Origin: a virus
Direction: 5' to 3' (one strand)
Virus record (IMG/VR): IMGVR_UViG_3300026078_000024
Span: 1 to 64,000 of that record
DNA: 64,000 nt
The position numbers and the translations under genes were made by a program. Shown here in pieces: positions 35,197 through 44,946 of this stretch. The notes under the pieces were generated by a model, which searched no databases, was not told the DNA's origin, and was given only the letters and a program-made list of their open reading frames with translations. Position 1 is the first letter of the stretch; each line of letters begins with the position of its first letter.

Positions 35197-35903
35197 TGCG
35201 CCGCCTTACTGATCGCGTTCATGAGCTTCCCGACGTCTTCCTGACGTTTCGGAAACAACTGGTTCCACAGTTGATCGACATTGTCTTGGCTGTGCCGTGC
35301 CAGTCGATCTTGGTGGGTTTGATCGAGCGGGCCTTTGCCGACGGCGGGATGTAGATGTTCGGTGAACACGTCCGGGAGGAAGTGCAACCGGCCGACGCCC
35401 TGCGCCACCTGGTGGAGCCAGAGATCGTTGTAGTCGGACGAGAAGTACGGCGGGACGAAGTACCCGACGGCGTCCACCCAGGCCCGGGTGATGAACCCGT
35501 GAGTGGCCAGATTCTGATCATGGATTCCGTCGCGGCCGTAGACGAGCCCGATCTTGTCCGGCCAGAGATCGAACGCCTCCCGTACCCGGATGTCCCAGTG
35601 ATCGGTGCGGTAGACCGTCTCGTCGCACGAGTGCTGCATGATCATGCTGCTCTCGTCGGCGATCGCATAGCACTCGTTCCACAACTGGGAGAGGTTCAAT
35701 GTGCCCCGGGGCCCGTGGGTCCAGAACACATCCCCGCCCTCGTTGTGCAGCGTGATCGCCATGTCCCGGGAGGGGGTGTCATCATCGTCGATGTAGAACA
35801 CGTACTCCACCCGGTCACCGCACGTGACCCGGCCGGAGTCGACCATGCGTCGCATGTTGTGCGGACGGCCGCGCGTCGGCACGAGGACACTGATCACGGG
35901 CAT
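35193..35903 (-). CDS. Family 2-like glycosyltransferase
   Basis: ISVLVPTRGRP, YIDDDD, WNEC, YNDLW, EHLHP. Confidence 0.82.
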   Translation of the reverse strand: MPVISVLVPTRGRPHNMRRMVDSGRVTCGDRVEYVFYIDDDDTPSRDMAITLHNEGGDVFWTHGPRGTLNLSQLWNECYAIADESSMIMQHSCDETVYRTDHWDIRVREAFDLWPDKIGLVYGRDGIHDQNLATHGFITRAWVDAVGYFVPPYFSSDYNDLWLHQVAQGVGRLHFLPDVFTEHLHPAVGKGPLDQTHQDRLARHSQDNVDQLWNQLFPKRQEDVGKLMNAISKAAQ

Positions 35904-36133
35904 GGACTCCCCGTCTCGGCCGTCCACAGGGTCTCGTTCGTCCCCTGATCGATGCACCGCTTCGCCTCCCCGGCCTCCCGGAGACGGAAGAGGGAGAGGT
36001 AGGCGAGTTGGGGGGTGATGTCCAGGGCGGCGGCGATCTCGTTCCGGGAGGCCATTCTGTGATCTTTCAGGTACGCCTTGACCGCCTTGTCCCGGTCCAC
36101 CACGTCCTGCGGCCGTGTTCCCTTCCAAGCCAT
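35894..36133 (-). CDS. Small winged-HTH protein
   Basis: SRNEIAAALDITPQLAYLSLFRLREAG. Confidence 0.7.
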   Translation of the reverse strand: MAWKGTRPQDVVDRDKAVKAYLKDHRMASRNEIAAALDITPQLAYLSLFRLREAGEAKRCIDQGTNETLWTAETGSPCP

Positions 36134-36245
36134 GTGTGGCTCCTGTTCTTTCGCTTGGTTCGATCATACGACATGGGGGAGCCCGCGCCGGGGAGCTGGG
36201 AGAGTCACTCCGGCACGGGCTCATCATGGACGCGCACGAACCATA

Positions 36246-37190
36246 TCAGGGAGCGTAGCGGTAGCACGTCAACCATGAAGTCAGCACGTCCACCGAAGAT
36301 CCCTTGGCGGCGTACGCACCGGCCAGCGCGGATTCGTTCTGGAGCACCCAGTCCGCCCGGTCCGGGAAGTCGGCGTGCACCGTCTTGAAGAGCTTCCCGT
36401 CGTAGTAGAACCTCACCGAATTCGGCACGATCTCCGTGCTGTAGGTGTGCCATCCGGTCCAGGCGGCGTTACCGGCGGCGTCACTGCCGGACTCGGCGAA
36501 CCCGTGAGTGAACTCGCTGATGGGATCACTATCGAAGTTGCCCCCGGCCTCGGGGTAATCCACCTCGTTCGGCGTGTAGCGCAGGTGCGCCATTTTGTAC
36601 CCCGGCGTCCGTGCCGAGACGCGGAAGCGCTCGGTGAACTTCCCGTATCGCAGACCCATGCACCGAAGGGGAACGGGAGCGGACACGTGGTTGGAACCAC
36701 CGGAGGACGAACGCCACATGTGGACCCGCATGATCCCGTCACCGGTGGACGATTTGACGACGCTGATCGTGGTGGGAGGGTCGTACCACCCGCCGAAGGT
36801 CCGGTCGTTCCCGTTGGAGTGGTTCGTGGGGTTGGCGGTGTCTCCCCACCCGTTGGGATAAGCGCCAAGGGTGGCGTAGTAGTGGGGGTAAGCAGACTTG
36901 AGCCCTGCACACCGGAAGTCCCCGTCTCCGGCGCAGTGGTTGAACGCCCCGAGGGGGACAGAAGCGACCACGCCACCGGGGTTGAAGCTATCCCGGTAGA
37001 GCTGGTGGAACGGTCCGCAGTTGCCGACGGGGGTTGCGTTGTTCGTTGTGTGGCATGCGTCCTGGCTTGGGGTGACCGCTCCGGCGGGGGAGGGCCCCAG
37101 AAAGAGGGCACCGACAAGAGCCAGCACCCCCATCACCCCCGTGATCAGATAGCGCCACTTCGGACGGCGGCGCGCGTGCTTGCCGGTCAT
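36246..37190 (-). CDS. Secreted GH16-like glycoside hydrolase
   Basis: Basic plus hydrophobic signal peptide; YGKFTERFR, EVDYPE (ExDxxE), WHTYSTE, FYYDGK. Confidence 0.75.
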   Translation of the reverse strand: MTGKHARRRPKWRYLITGVMGVLALVGALFLGPSPAGAVTPSQDACHTTNNATPVGNCGPFHQLYRDSFNPGGVVASVPLGAFNHCAGDGDFRCAGLKSAYPHYYATLGAYPNGWGDTANPTNHSNGNDRTFGGWYDPPTTISVVKSSTGDGIMRVHMWRSSSGGSNHVSAPVPLRCMGLRYGKFTERFRVSARTPGYKMAHLRYTPNEVDYPEAGGNFDSDPISEFTHGFAESGSDAAGNAAWTGWHTYSTEIVPNSVRFYYDGKLFKTVHADFPDRADWVLQNESALAGAYAAKGSSVDVLTSWLTCYRYAP

Positions 37191-37289
37191 GTCCGGCTCC
37201 TCTCACTCAGCCGGGCATGATACGGCCCCCGGCGACAGAGCATGCACCGGGGGCCGTAGCGGAGGGGCGTCTCCGAGAGGGACGATACC

Positions 37290-37592
37290 TCAGCCGTTCT
37301 TGCGCACCTGACTGTAGTCGATCGCGTGCTGCTTGAACTGCTCGCAGAACTTGTCCAGCTTGGGGACCAGGTGCCAGGCTCCGGCGCCGGTGCGGGTCGT
37401 GGTCATGACGGCCACACCCCGGATGCACTGAAGCGTCGTGTTCGGATACTGATCACCGTTCGTGTAGGTCTCGGAGTAGTCGGCGTCCCACGACTTGATG
37501 TTCTCCTGGTCGCGGGTGTTGTTGGCTCCGCACCCGGTCAGAACACCGGCCCCGAGCAGCAGGGCCGCAACAGCGGCAACGGTCTTCTTCAT
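37290..37592 (-). CDS. Lipoprotein
   Basis: MKK-hydrophobic-LTGC lipobox. Confidence 0.8.
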   Translation of the reverse strand: MKKTVAAVAALLLGAGVLTGCGANNTRDQENIKSWDADYSETYTNGDQYPNTTLQCIRGVAVMTTTRTGAGAWHLVPKLDKFCEQFKQHAIDYSQVRKNG

Positions 37593-38670
37593 GATCCGTT
37601 CTCCCCTCGGAGGACTTTCTCGAACTCATGAGCGGCACGCTTCACAGTGCCGATCTTGTACTCCTCCGACTCGATCCCGGATGCGAGATGGGGGAGGGCG
37701 GCCACGGCCTGATCAAGGGCGACCATGCGGATCCTGAGATCCCATTCCCGCTCCTCTGCGGCGGCCCGGTCGATCTCGGGACGGTAGGGAGCCCACTCGT
37801 CCTCGCCCGGAGAATCCGCTTCAAATTTTTCGGTCATTGATCTTTTTCCTCGTTTCTTTTGGTCGGTCGAACGATACACCGGCGGTCGATGCTACTCGTA
37901 GGAACGCCAGCGGTGGTAGTTCTCACAGGAGTTGAGCCATCCGGGGCCGGACCGGGTGGACCGCACCTGCACCACGGCCTCACACGTCGGGCACCAGTCC
38001 TTGACGGTGACCTGAGTGATCGGCCCGAGAACGCGCGCGAGACGATCCTCGTCCGACTCCTTCTGGATTCCCGGCCCGGCGACACACTCGGGGCAGCCGC
38101 ACGGATCCGAGACGATCGGCTTGCTTCCGGGTTTGGCCGGTGCGTACGCCGGTCCGTCGGCTGCCCCCATGATCAGTCCTTCCGGGTGATCTCGACGCCA
38201 GTCAAGCCGTCCTTGTCGAACGTGAACAGGCACGATATCCGCTCATCCATGGTCACGTTCGCGGCGGCCGTCGCCTCCTTGAACATCCGGGTCATGTCCC
38301 GGAGGAGATGCGGGTGGGTCTCGGGGGTGAAGCCCATTGCGTACAGATGATCGACCAACTGCCGGGGAGGATTCGGATCCGTCGGATCGAGCCGATGGTC
38401 CATGATCAGTTCCCCCAGTGCGGATGCGGGATGTGCCGGAGGAGCTTCTTGACCGGCGGGGGGTTCTCGGATCCCCGGCAGTTCGGGCAGCGGTCGTTCC
38501 CGTTGGCGGCGTGCACCCACCCCTTCAGGCGAGCGTCGTACCGTGCGTCCACCACCCCGGACGGGGCGGGAACGACCAGGTGGACAAGATCCCGGAGGGT
38601 CATGCCCGGGGCGAGTGCGGTGATCCCGCACCCGTCACACTTCAAGATCACTACCTTGTGGGCCGTCATG

Positions 38671-38905
38671 GTTATGCGGTCTCCTCGTTTACGGTGTATG
38701 GGTTGATCCGATTGATCATGTCTTGACCTGGGCAAATCCCGCTCAGCACCACCCCTATCCACTCATAGGGGGGACCTCAAACGATCTCGTTAGCGGGGCA
38801 GCCAGAGGTTTTCTCACCCTACGTGTTGGTAACTTCTCTTATTTTCACGCTGGGTGTCCGGATACCCGGCCGCATGGACGCATATCCATGCGGCCGGGTG
38901 TGGAT
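38671..38905. repeat. ~235-bp non-coding direct repeat, copy 2 (partner 25466-25700)
   Basis: Identical blocks 38779-38799 and 38803-38843; terminal 14-bp hairpin with compensatory changes. Confidence 0.9.
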
Positions 38906-39714
38906 CACGCCTCGATCCGCTTCGACCTGCGGTTCGCGTTGTAGATCTCCACCGTCCGGTAGTACGCGGCCTGCGGGAGGGACAGAGACGGCCACGCGCG
39001 GTAGGTGTCGTGCACCTGGCTGAAGAACTTGTTGAAGCCGAGCTTCGCCAGCTTGGTCACGAACCCCGCCGTGTCGAGGCCACCGTGGGAAGCGTAGAGG
39101 CCCCCGATACCGTTGATCGACTCACCGCACACCGCGCCGACCTGACCCGGCCATGCAGCGTCGATCACCGCGAAGGTCCGGTCGAGGGTGGCGCCGGTCC
39201 CGTCGGCGAAGTAGATCTTCTTTGCGGCAGAGATCGCGTTGAACCGGCGCTGCCCCTTCTCCGCCGTACCGGCAACCGCCCAGTTGTACTTCGCGGCGAT
39301 GTTCCGGATGTTGACCGCCCACTCCTCCTCCGCCACGAGAGCGATGCGGAAGGTGTCCAGCGGGGTGACCGCCTTCCGGTTGTTGTGCTTGAGGAACATC
39401 GCGGCCTCCTCCTGGAGGGTGAGGCCGGTGTAGACGTCCGCCGGGATCGTGCACGTGGTGGTGTCCACCCCGCACACCGCCTTGAGGGCGTTCCAGCGAG
39501 TCTGCCCGTCGAGGATGATCCATTCCTCCTTGGCGTCTCCACCGATCATCGCCAGGCCGGGGACGCGGTGCGAGACGGTGATCGTCCCGACGTAGAGATC
39601 GTTCCAGTTGGCGGCGATCTCTGCGACCCGGCGCGGGTCCACAATCCGCTGAACGCGCGGGTCTATCGAGAGCTGGGCTGCGGACAGCTCCAGCGTTTCC
39701 TTGGTGATCCCCAT
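38905..39714 (-). CDS. ParB/Srx-superfamily protein (DUF6551-like)
   Basis: IDPRVQR...GTITVS...ILDGQTR...LTLQEEAAMF. Confidence 0.75.
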   Translation of the reverse strand: MGITKETLELSAAQLSIDPRVQRIVDPRRVAEIAANWNDLYVGTITVSHRVPGLAMIGGDAKEEWIILDGQTRWNALKAVCGVDTTTCTIPADVYTGLTLQEEAAMFLKHNNRKAVTPLDTFRIALVAEEEWAVNIRNIAAKYNWAVAGTAEKGQRRFNAISAAKKIYFADGTGATLDRTFAVIDAAWPGQVGAVCGESINGIGGLYASHGGLDTAGFVTKLAKLGFNKFFSQVHDTYRAWPSLSLPQAAYYRTVEIYNANRRSKRIEA

Positions 39715-39720
39715 GATCCC

Positions 39721-40716
39721 TTACTTGCCTTCCTCGGTTCCCTCGCCGTTCTTCGCGGCCAGGTCGATCTTGTTGAGTGCGGTGGAGAGGAGCGCGGGCT
39801 GCTTGCCCGGCAGGGTCCACTCCGGGACCAGAACCTCGGACAGGAGGGTGAGGAGCTGGGACGCGGCGCGGCGCGACTCCTCAAGATCCTTGACGAACGA
39901 CCGGAGATCGTCTCCGTCCAGTTCCTTGATCTTGTCCTTGTTGTCGGTCCAGAACTTGTTGATCAGGACCACGTCCCGGATGCCGGACTGGTGGCCGGTC
40001 ATGTGGCCCTTCATGGACAGGACCGGGTTGACCTTCCTCGCCGGGGACTGCTTGGTCTTGAGGGTCTCGCGCCGGGTCACCGCGTCGGCGGGCTTCGAGT
40101 CGGCCATGACCTCTTCCTGCTCCTCCGGCGGAAGATCGGCGATCCGGTCGGCCGCGTTGAGGGTGAGGTCCCCGTCGCGGACGGCCTTCTGAACCTTCGG
40201 GGTGGCCCGCTTGCGGACCTTCGCGGCCTTCGCCATGCCCCGGACCGTGGCGCCGGTCTCCTTCGCGATCACCTTCCGGGTCTTGGGCTCATCCGTGGTG
40301 CCGGGCTGCATCTCGGTCTTGCTCTTCGCGGCGTTCCGGTTGCCCGGCTTCCCGCCCCACCCCAGTTCTTCGAGGGCCTGGGCGGCGAAGTCGATCTGTC
40401 CCTGGGAGAGGTGACGCCGGACCACGTTGTGTGACCAGACGTAGTCGGCCGGGTCGCGGCCCGGCCACTTCTGGTCGAACTTGATCTCCGTGTGCGGCAT
40501 CCGCTCGGCGACCGGCAGGTCCTTGTTGATCTCTTCGATCGCCAGGTACCGGTTGCGGCCGTCGAGGATCAGGCCCTCGAACATCACGATGGGGTCCATC
40601 TGGCCGTTGGCCCGGATGTCCTTGACCAGTTCGGCGAACTCCGCTTCTCCCAGGAGGGGGAAGACGTTCGCGAGACGGTGGAACCGAGGGTTTTCCTCGG
40701 GGGAGGTGGTGGTCAT
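39721..40716 (-). CDS. ParB N-terminal domain plus HTH protein
   Basis: FPLL..EF..LVKDIRANGQMDPI...ILDGRNRY...SHNVVRRHLS. Confidence 0.85.
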   Translation of the reverse strand: MTTTSPEENPRFHRLANVFPLLGEAEFAELVKDIRANGQMDPIVMFEGLILDGRNRYLAIEEINKDLPVAERMPHTEIKFDQKWPGRDPADYVWSHNVVRRHLSQGQIDFAAQALEELGWGGKPGNRNAAKSKTEMQPGTTDEPKTRKVIAKETGATVRGMAKAAKVRKRATPKVQKAVRDGDLTLNAADRIADLPPEEQEEVMADSKPADAVTRRETLKTKQSPARKVNPVLSMKGHMTGHQSGIRDVVLINKFWTDNKDKIKELDGDDLRSFVKDLEESRRAASQLLTLLSEVLVPEWTLPGKQPALLSTALNKIDLAAKNGEGTEEGK

Positions 40717-40943
40717 GAACGGTGCCCCTTCTGGGCGAGGTAGTCGGCGGTCAGGCGGACCAGGGTCTCCTGGTCCAGTGGATCGTGCGTCTCCAGCCAT
40801 TCCTTGATCGCCTGGCGCACGATGTATCCGAGCTTGGTTTCCCGGCGGACGGCGACGTCGTCGAGATGAGCGCGTGTCACGGGGTTGGTGACCACGGTCA
40901 ACATCTCCGTGAGGCGCTCCTCTTCCTGTAGCTTCTTTGGCAT
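40713..40943 (-). CDS. Ribbon-helix-helix-like regulator (probably leaderless)
   Basis: LTVV...LDDVA...LGYIVRQAIKEWL; TATGAT 6 nt before the ATG. Confidence 0.65.
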   Translation of the reverse strand: MPKKLQEEERLTEMLTVVTNPVTRAHLDDVAVRRETKLGYIVRQAIKEWLETHDPLDQETLVRLTADYLAQKGHRS

Positions 40944-40997
40944 ACCCCCATCATACGACACCACCCCAGAAGATAAGAGATCTTGTTGGAGGGCACC

Positions 40998-41573
40998 ATG
41001 CGGATCATGGGCGTTGATCCATCGATCAGTTCCACCGGCGTCTCGTTCCCGGACGCGGAAACCATGGCGATCAAACCCCGGTCCAAGGGCGATCTCCGGC
41101 TCACCGAGATCGGTGATCAGCTCATGTTCGGCGTGCGGACGGCCCTGCCGGACCTCGTGGTGATCGAAGATCTCGCCGGGGTGTACCCGGGGAAGTCGGC
41201 GCGGATCATCCCCATGCTCCACGGGGTGATCAGAGACCGGCTGCAACAGGACCGCGTCCCGTTCATGCTCCTCAACCCGAGAACCGTCAAGATCTTCGCC
41301 ACGGACAACGGCGGGGCCGACAAGGACGAGATGGCGCTAGCTGCCCGTCGGAGGCTCGGCCGGACGTACGGGACCGATGACGAGTGCGACGCGGACTGGT
41401 GCCGGGTAGCGGGCCGTACGGCCTACGGTCTCGGGGAATGGACCGGGTACGACGACTGGCTCCGCATCCCGGTCGAACAGACCGGCTACCTGCGGGTGAC
41501 CAAGGGCGGGGAACGGATCGTGTGGCCGGTGGTCGGCAATCACCGGCCGTGGCCGAAGGTCGTTCTGCGGTGA
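40998..41573 (+). CDS. RuvC-like Holliday junction resolvase
   Basis: IMGVDPSISSTG, VVIED, NPRTVKIFAT..G.ADKDEM, DDECDA. Confidence 0.88.
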   Translation: MRIMGVDPSISSTGVSFPDAETMAIKPRSKGDLRLTEIGDQLMFGVRTALPDLVVIEDLAGVYPGKSARIIPMLHGVIRDRLQQDRVPFMLLNPRTVKIFATDNGGADKDEMALAARRRLGRTYGTDDECDADWCRVAGRTAYGLGEWTGYDDWLRIPVEQTGYLRVTKGGERIVWPVVGNHRPWPKVVLR

Positions 41574-41580
41574 TCATGCG

Positions 41581-41615
41581 GAAGGCCCCGCCGGATGGTG
41601 GACGGCGGGGCCTTC
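41581..41615. terminator. Hairpin between convergent genes (likely bidirectional terminator)
   Basis: GAAGGCCCCGCCG-9nt-CGGCGGGGCCTTC. Confidence 0.65.
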
Positions 41616-41628
41616 GGTCAGGGGAAGA

Positions 41629-42294
41629 TCAGAACGGAGGTTCCGAGTCGTCCCCGCCCTCCCACGGGGAATCGTCGTCCGGCCCGGCGGCGGAGTCGAC
41701 CATCTTGTCCTGGTACGCCGGGTTGTGCGCAGCCGGGGTCCACACCACCTCGTAGGTGTAGGCGTAGTAGTCGTTCGGCTTCTTCACGTCCTCGCCGCGC
41801 GTGATCGCCACGTGCGCGCCGACCTCCAGGGGCGCGAACTGGCGGCCGAGGTTGTACTTCTGTGCGGCGGCCTGGCGGCCCTTGCGGAACGCCTTCGCCA
41901 GTTCGCCATGGATGTACGCGGTACGGACACCGTCGTCATCCGGCAGTTCACGCCGGATGTACCGGTTCGACTCCCAGGTGTAGCCGGTCGGCTCGCACTG
42001 GAGGTCCACGGTGATCTGCATGCACGGGTTCTGCTTCGACGTCTCCGGGAACCGGAGCTTCGACTCGATCACCCGCTTCTTACCCTCCCAGTACTGGGGC
42101 TCGCCGGTGTCCTTGTCGGTCATCTGGACCTCGGTGGGGGACCACCCGATCACGTCCCCGACCACCTTGGCCCCGACCTTCGGCCACTTCGCCGCGACGG
42201 ACGCGCCACCGTCGAGATACTCCTCGGCACTGCGCACCTGACGCTGTGGTTCGACCCGCTGCCGACCGGCGAACGGGCCCGTGGATGTCGTCAT
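41629..42294 (-). CDS. Probable ssDNA-binding protein
   Basis: Acidic C-terminus ...DDSEPPF; follows the exonuclease; 'DDDGVRTAYI' pattern. Confidence 0.65.
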   Translation of the reverse strand: MTTSTGPFAGRQRVEPQRQVRSAEEYLDGGASVAAKWPKVGAKVVGDVIGWSPTEVQMTDKDTGEPQYWEGKKRVIESKLRFPETSKQNPCMQITVDLQCEPTGYTWESNRYIRRELPDDDGVRTAYIHGELAKAFRKGRQAAAQKYNLGRQFAPLEVGAHVAITRGEDVKKPNDYYAYTYEVVWTPAAHNPAYQDKMVDSAAGPDDDSPWEGGDDSEPPF

Positions 42295-42490
42295 GATCTT
42301 CCTGTCTGCTTGAGTGCTTCGATCTTCTGTGGGGGCCCCGCGCAGCTACGAGGCTTGCCTGCCGTGATCTCGGATGCCATGTCACCACGGCCCAACTGCT
42401 ATCCCTTGATCACTGGCTTACAGACCAGGTACCTGATCTGCAATCGCCGGTAGGCGATGTCTCTATGATACGACCGCTTGGATCAGCCCG

Positions 42491-44944
42491 CTACGCCCTG
42501 GCCAGCCGGTCTTGCATGATCCGGACCAGCTTGTCCCGGTACTCCTTCGCGGCCGGTCGCTTCTCCTCCGGCATGGTCTTGATCTTGTCGTTGATCTCTT
42601 TGAACACGGCCGACGCTTCCGCCTTCGTCGTCACGGCATGGGCCCGGTCGGTCAGACTGCGTCCGTCCCGGGGCGTGGCTGGCGGCTCCGGGGTTTTCTC
42701 CGTCTCCTGGACCGGTTGGGTCGGGGAGGGGGTGTCGGGCCGGGAGACGGCCGTCTGTGCCTTTGGATCACCCAGCTTGACCAGCGCCACGAGGGCCTTG
42801 ATCGTGTCGTCCGGGACCCCGGCGCGCTTCGCCCTCCTCCAGAGATCGTTCGCCTGGTCCCGGGTCTCGGCGCTCTTGAATGCGTCCGTCCACTGCTGGA
42901 GGGACAGCTCCCCCCACTCCGGCATGGGTGCGGCCAGGTCGGGGTCAGGGCCGCATCCGTCGGTGTCGTGGTCGCAGGCGTTCGCGGTTTCGATGTTGTC
43001 CCACTTCGCCCCGCACGCGCACGTGTACTGATCCATCTCGTACATCTCGCGGGCGGCGGCTTCCTTGATCGCCCGGATCTTCTCCTTCTCCTCCTTCTCG
43101 CGCCGGACCGACTCCGCCCACTCCGGCCCCGATGCGACGGTGTGCGAGACGTGGCCGGGGTCCGGCCGTTCCGTTGCATCCGCCCCGGTGGCGTCCTCTT
43201 TGATCGATTCGACCAACTCGGCCATGGCGGCGTCCCGCTCCTCCTGGGTGATCATGGCGGCCATGGCTTCGTCGTCGGCCGCCCGGTTCTCCATGGCCAG
43301 CTGATCTACCGACGGCTCCTCCGGGGTCGACTCCGGTTCCTCCCCCTGCTCGTAGTCCACCTCGGACCCGACGTCCGTCGCGGAGAACGTCGCGAACGGC
43401 ACCTGGGGGAGTTCGATCTTCCAGAAGTCGCGGTTCGCCTTGCAGATCTGCGCACCCCGCCAGCCGGTGACGAGGTCGGCCGGGTAGAACTTGCACTCCC
43501 CCGACCCGTACGGGACGTGCATCACGACACCCACGTCCTCGCGCACCCGGGCGGGTTTGCCGTAGTCGGACAGACCGAAGTCCTCCAGCGGGGCCCACCG
43601 GAACGGGCCTCCCGGTTCGTCCTGCACGGCCACCCCGTTCTCGTTGATCGCGTGCGCGTAGATCGCCTCCTGGATCAGGATCTCCAGCCACGGGGATTCG
43701 ATGTTGTCCCCCGACTTCACGTCCCCGATCACGAACTCTCCGGCGTGAATGGTCGTCGCGCGGCCGTCGAGATCGAGAACCTCCGTGTCCCTCACGCATT
43801 CGAGGACCCGGTCGAACGTGCCGGAGACACCCAGCTCCGAGGAGTAGACGGACCGCTCGATCAACCCCTTCACCGGTCGGAAACCGCATTCGGCCAGGGC
43901 GAGACGGTAGGCGACGGCGTCCCGGTAGTAGTCCTCCGGGACGTCTTCCAACTCCCGTTGTCCCGCGTCGACTTCCTCGGTGTACTTGTGGAGGGTCGTC
44001 CCTTTCTCGGCCCGTTTCTTGGACCCGGCTGCCAGCATCGCTTCCTCCGCCCGGGAGTTGAGGAAGGCGCGGCGGACCTTGACGGCCTCCAGGGGTTCGA
44101 GGTTGCGGATGCCGGACGCGACCTTCTCCAAGATCTCCGGGTCCTGGAGGAGACCGATCAGGATCATCCGGTGGCGCCATTGGTCGAGGGCGTAGGAGTC
44201 GGCGATCCCCTCCGCGTACTTGCTGGCCCGGCTGCCGGAGATCGGTTTCCCCGTCTCGGGGTCCGGCAGCTTGTACCGGCCATTGACCACCGGCAGGGTC
44301 CGGGCGACGATCTTCGGACGGTCTTCCACCCGGTCCTGCTCCCGGGCGTACGGCCCGCAGCAGTCCTCGGCCTCGTAGCCGCCGTCCGCGCGCCGGATGT
44401 TCTCGCCTTCGAGGAAGTGTGATCCACAAGAGACACAGTTCCCGTCGTACCGGGCGGGCCAGAACCTCGGCCCATCGTCGACAACGTCCTCCCCCTCCTC
44501 CTCGTTCTCGTCCCCGTCGAGGAAGTCGTCCGCACCCCGGGGGACGTACGGCTCGGCCGCTGCGGGCCGCTCCGTCTCCCCCCGGTGGGATTGGGCGTTG
44601 TCGTGGAGTCCGCCCGGGAGCGGGTCGCGGAACGGGTTGGGCGGCGGCGGGACGTGGATCGAGGGATCGTCCGCCATGGTCGGGCCCTCGTCCGGTTCGG
44701 CCATGCCGCAGTCGTCCACGGTGCAGAAGGAGCCGGAGTGTCCGTTCTCGTCGTCGGCCCACGTGAACCGGTGGGTGTGCAACTCGGTGTTCTGGACGGG
44801 GAAGTTGGATCCCTCGGGGCATGCCGGGTTGTCCGGCCCCACCCTCTTGCCGTTCGGCGCGTGCGACCGCACCCGGCCATTGCGCGTCAACGTGAGATCG
44901 TCTCGGGTGCACCCCTGGCAGGAGTATGTTTGCCGGTCGGTCAT
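42491..44944 (-). CDS. PD-(D/E)xK RecB/Cas4-like exonuclease with Cys-rich N-terminus and long C-terminal extension
   Basis: GTTLHKYTE, ERSV, GTFDRV, IGDVKSG, IQEAIYA. Confidence 0.8.
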   Translation of the reverse strand: MTDRQTYSCQGCTRDDLTLTRNGRVRSHAPNGKRVGPDNPACPEGSNFPVQNTELHTHRFTWADDENGHSGSFCTVDDCGMAEPDEGPTMADDPSIHVPPPPNPFRDPLPGGLHDNAQSHRGETERPAAAEPYVPRGADDFLDGDENEEEGEDVVDDGPRFWPARYDGNCVSCGSHFLEGENIRRADGGYEAEDCCGPYAREQDRVEDRPKIVARTLPVVNGRYKLPDPETGKPISGSRASKYAEGIADSYALDQWRHRMILIGLLQDPEILEKVASGIRNLEPLEAVKVRRAFLNSRAEEAMLAAGSKKRAEKGTTLHKYTEEVDAGQRELEDVPEDYYRDAVAYRLALAECGFRPVKGLIERSVYSSELGVSGTFDRVLECVRDTEVLDLDGRATTIHAGEFVIGDVKSGDNIESPWLEILIQEAIYAHAINENGVAVQDEPGGPFRWAPLEDFGLSDYGKPARVREDVGVVMHVPYGSGECKFYPADLVTGWRGAQICKANRDFWKIELPQVPFATFSATDVGSEVDYEQGEEPESTPEEPSVDQLAMENRAADDEAMAAMITQEERDAAMAELVESIKEDATGADATERPDPGHVSHTVASGPEWAESVRREKEEKEKIRAIKEAAAREMYEMDQYTCACGAKWDNIETANACDHDTDGCGPDPDLAAPMPEWGELSLQQWTDAFKSAETRDQANDLWRRAKRAGVPDDTIKALVALVKLGDPKAQTAVSRPDTPSPTQPVQETEKTPEPPATPRDGRSLTDRAHAVTTKAEASAVFKEINDKIKTMPEEKRPAAKEYRDKLVRIMQDRLARA

Positions 44945-44946
44945 GA

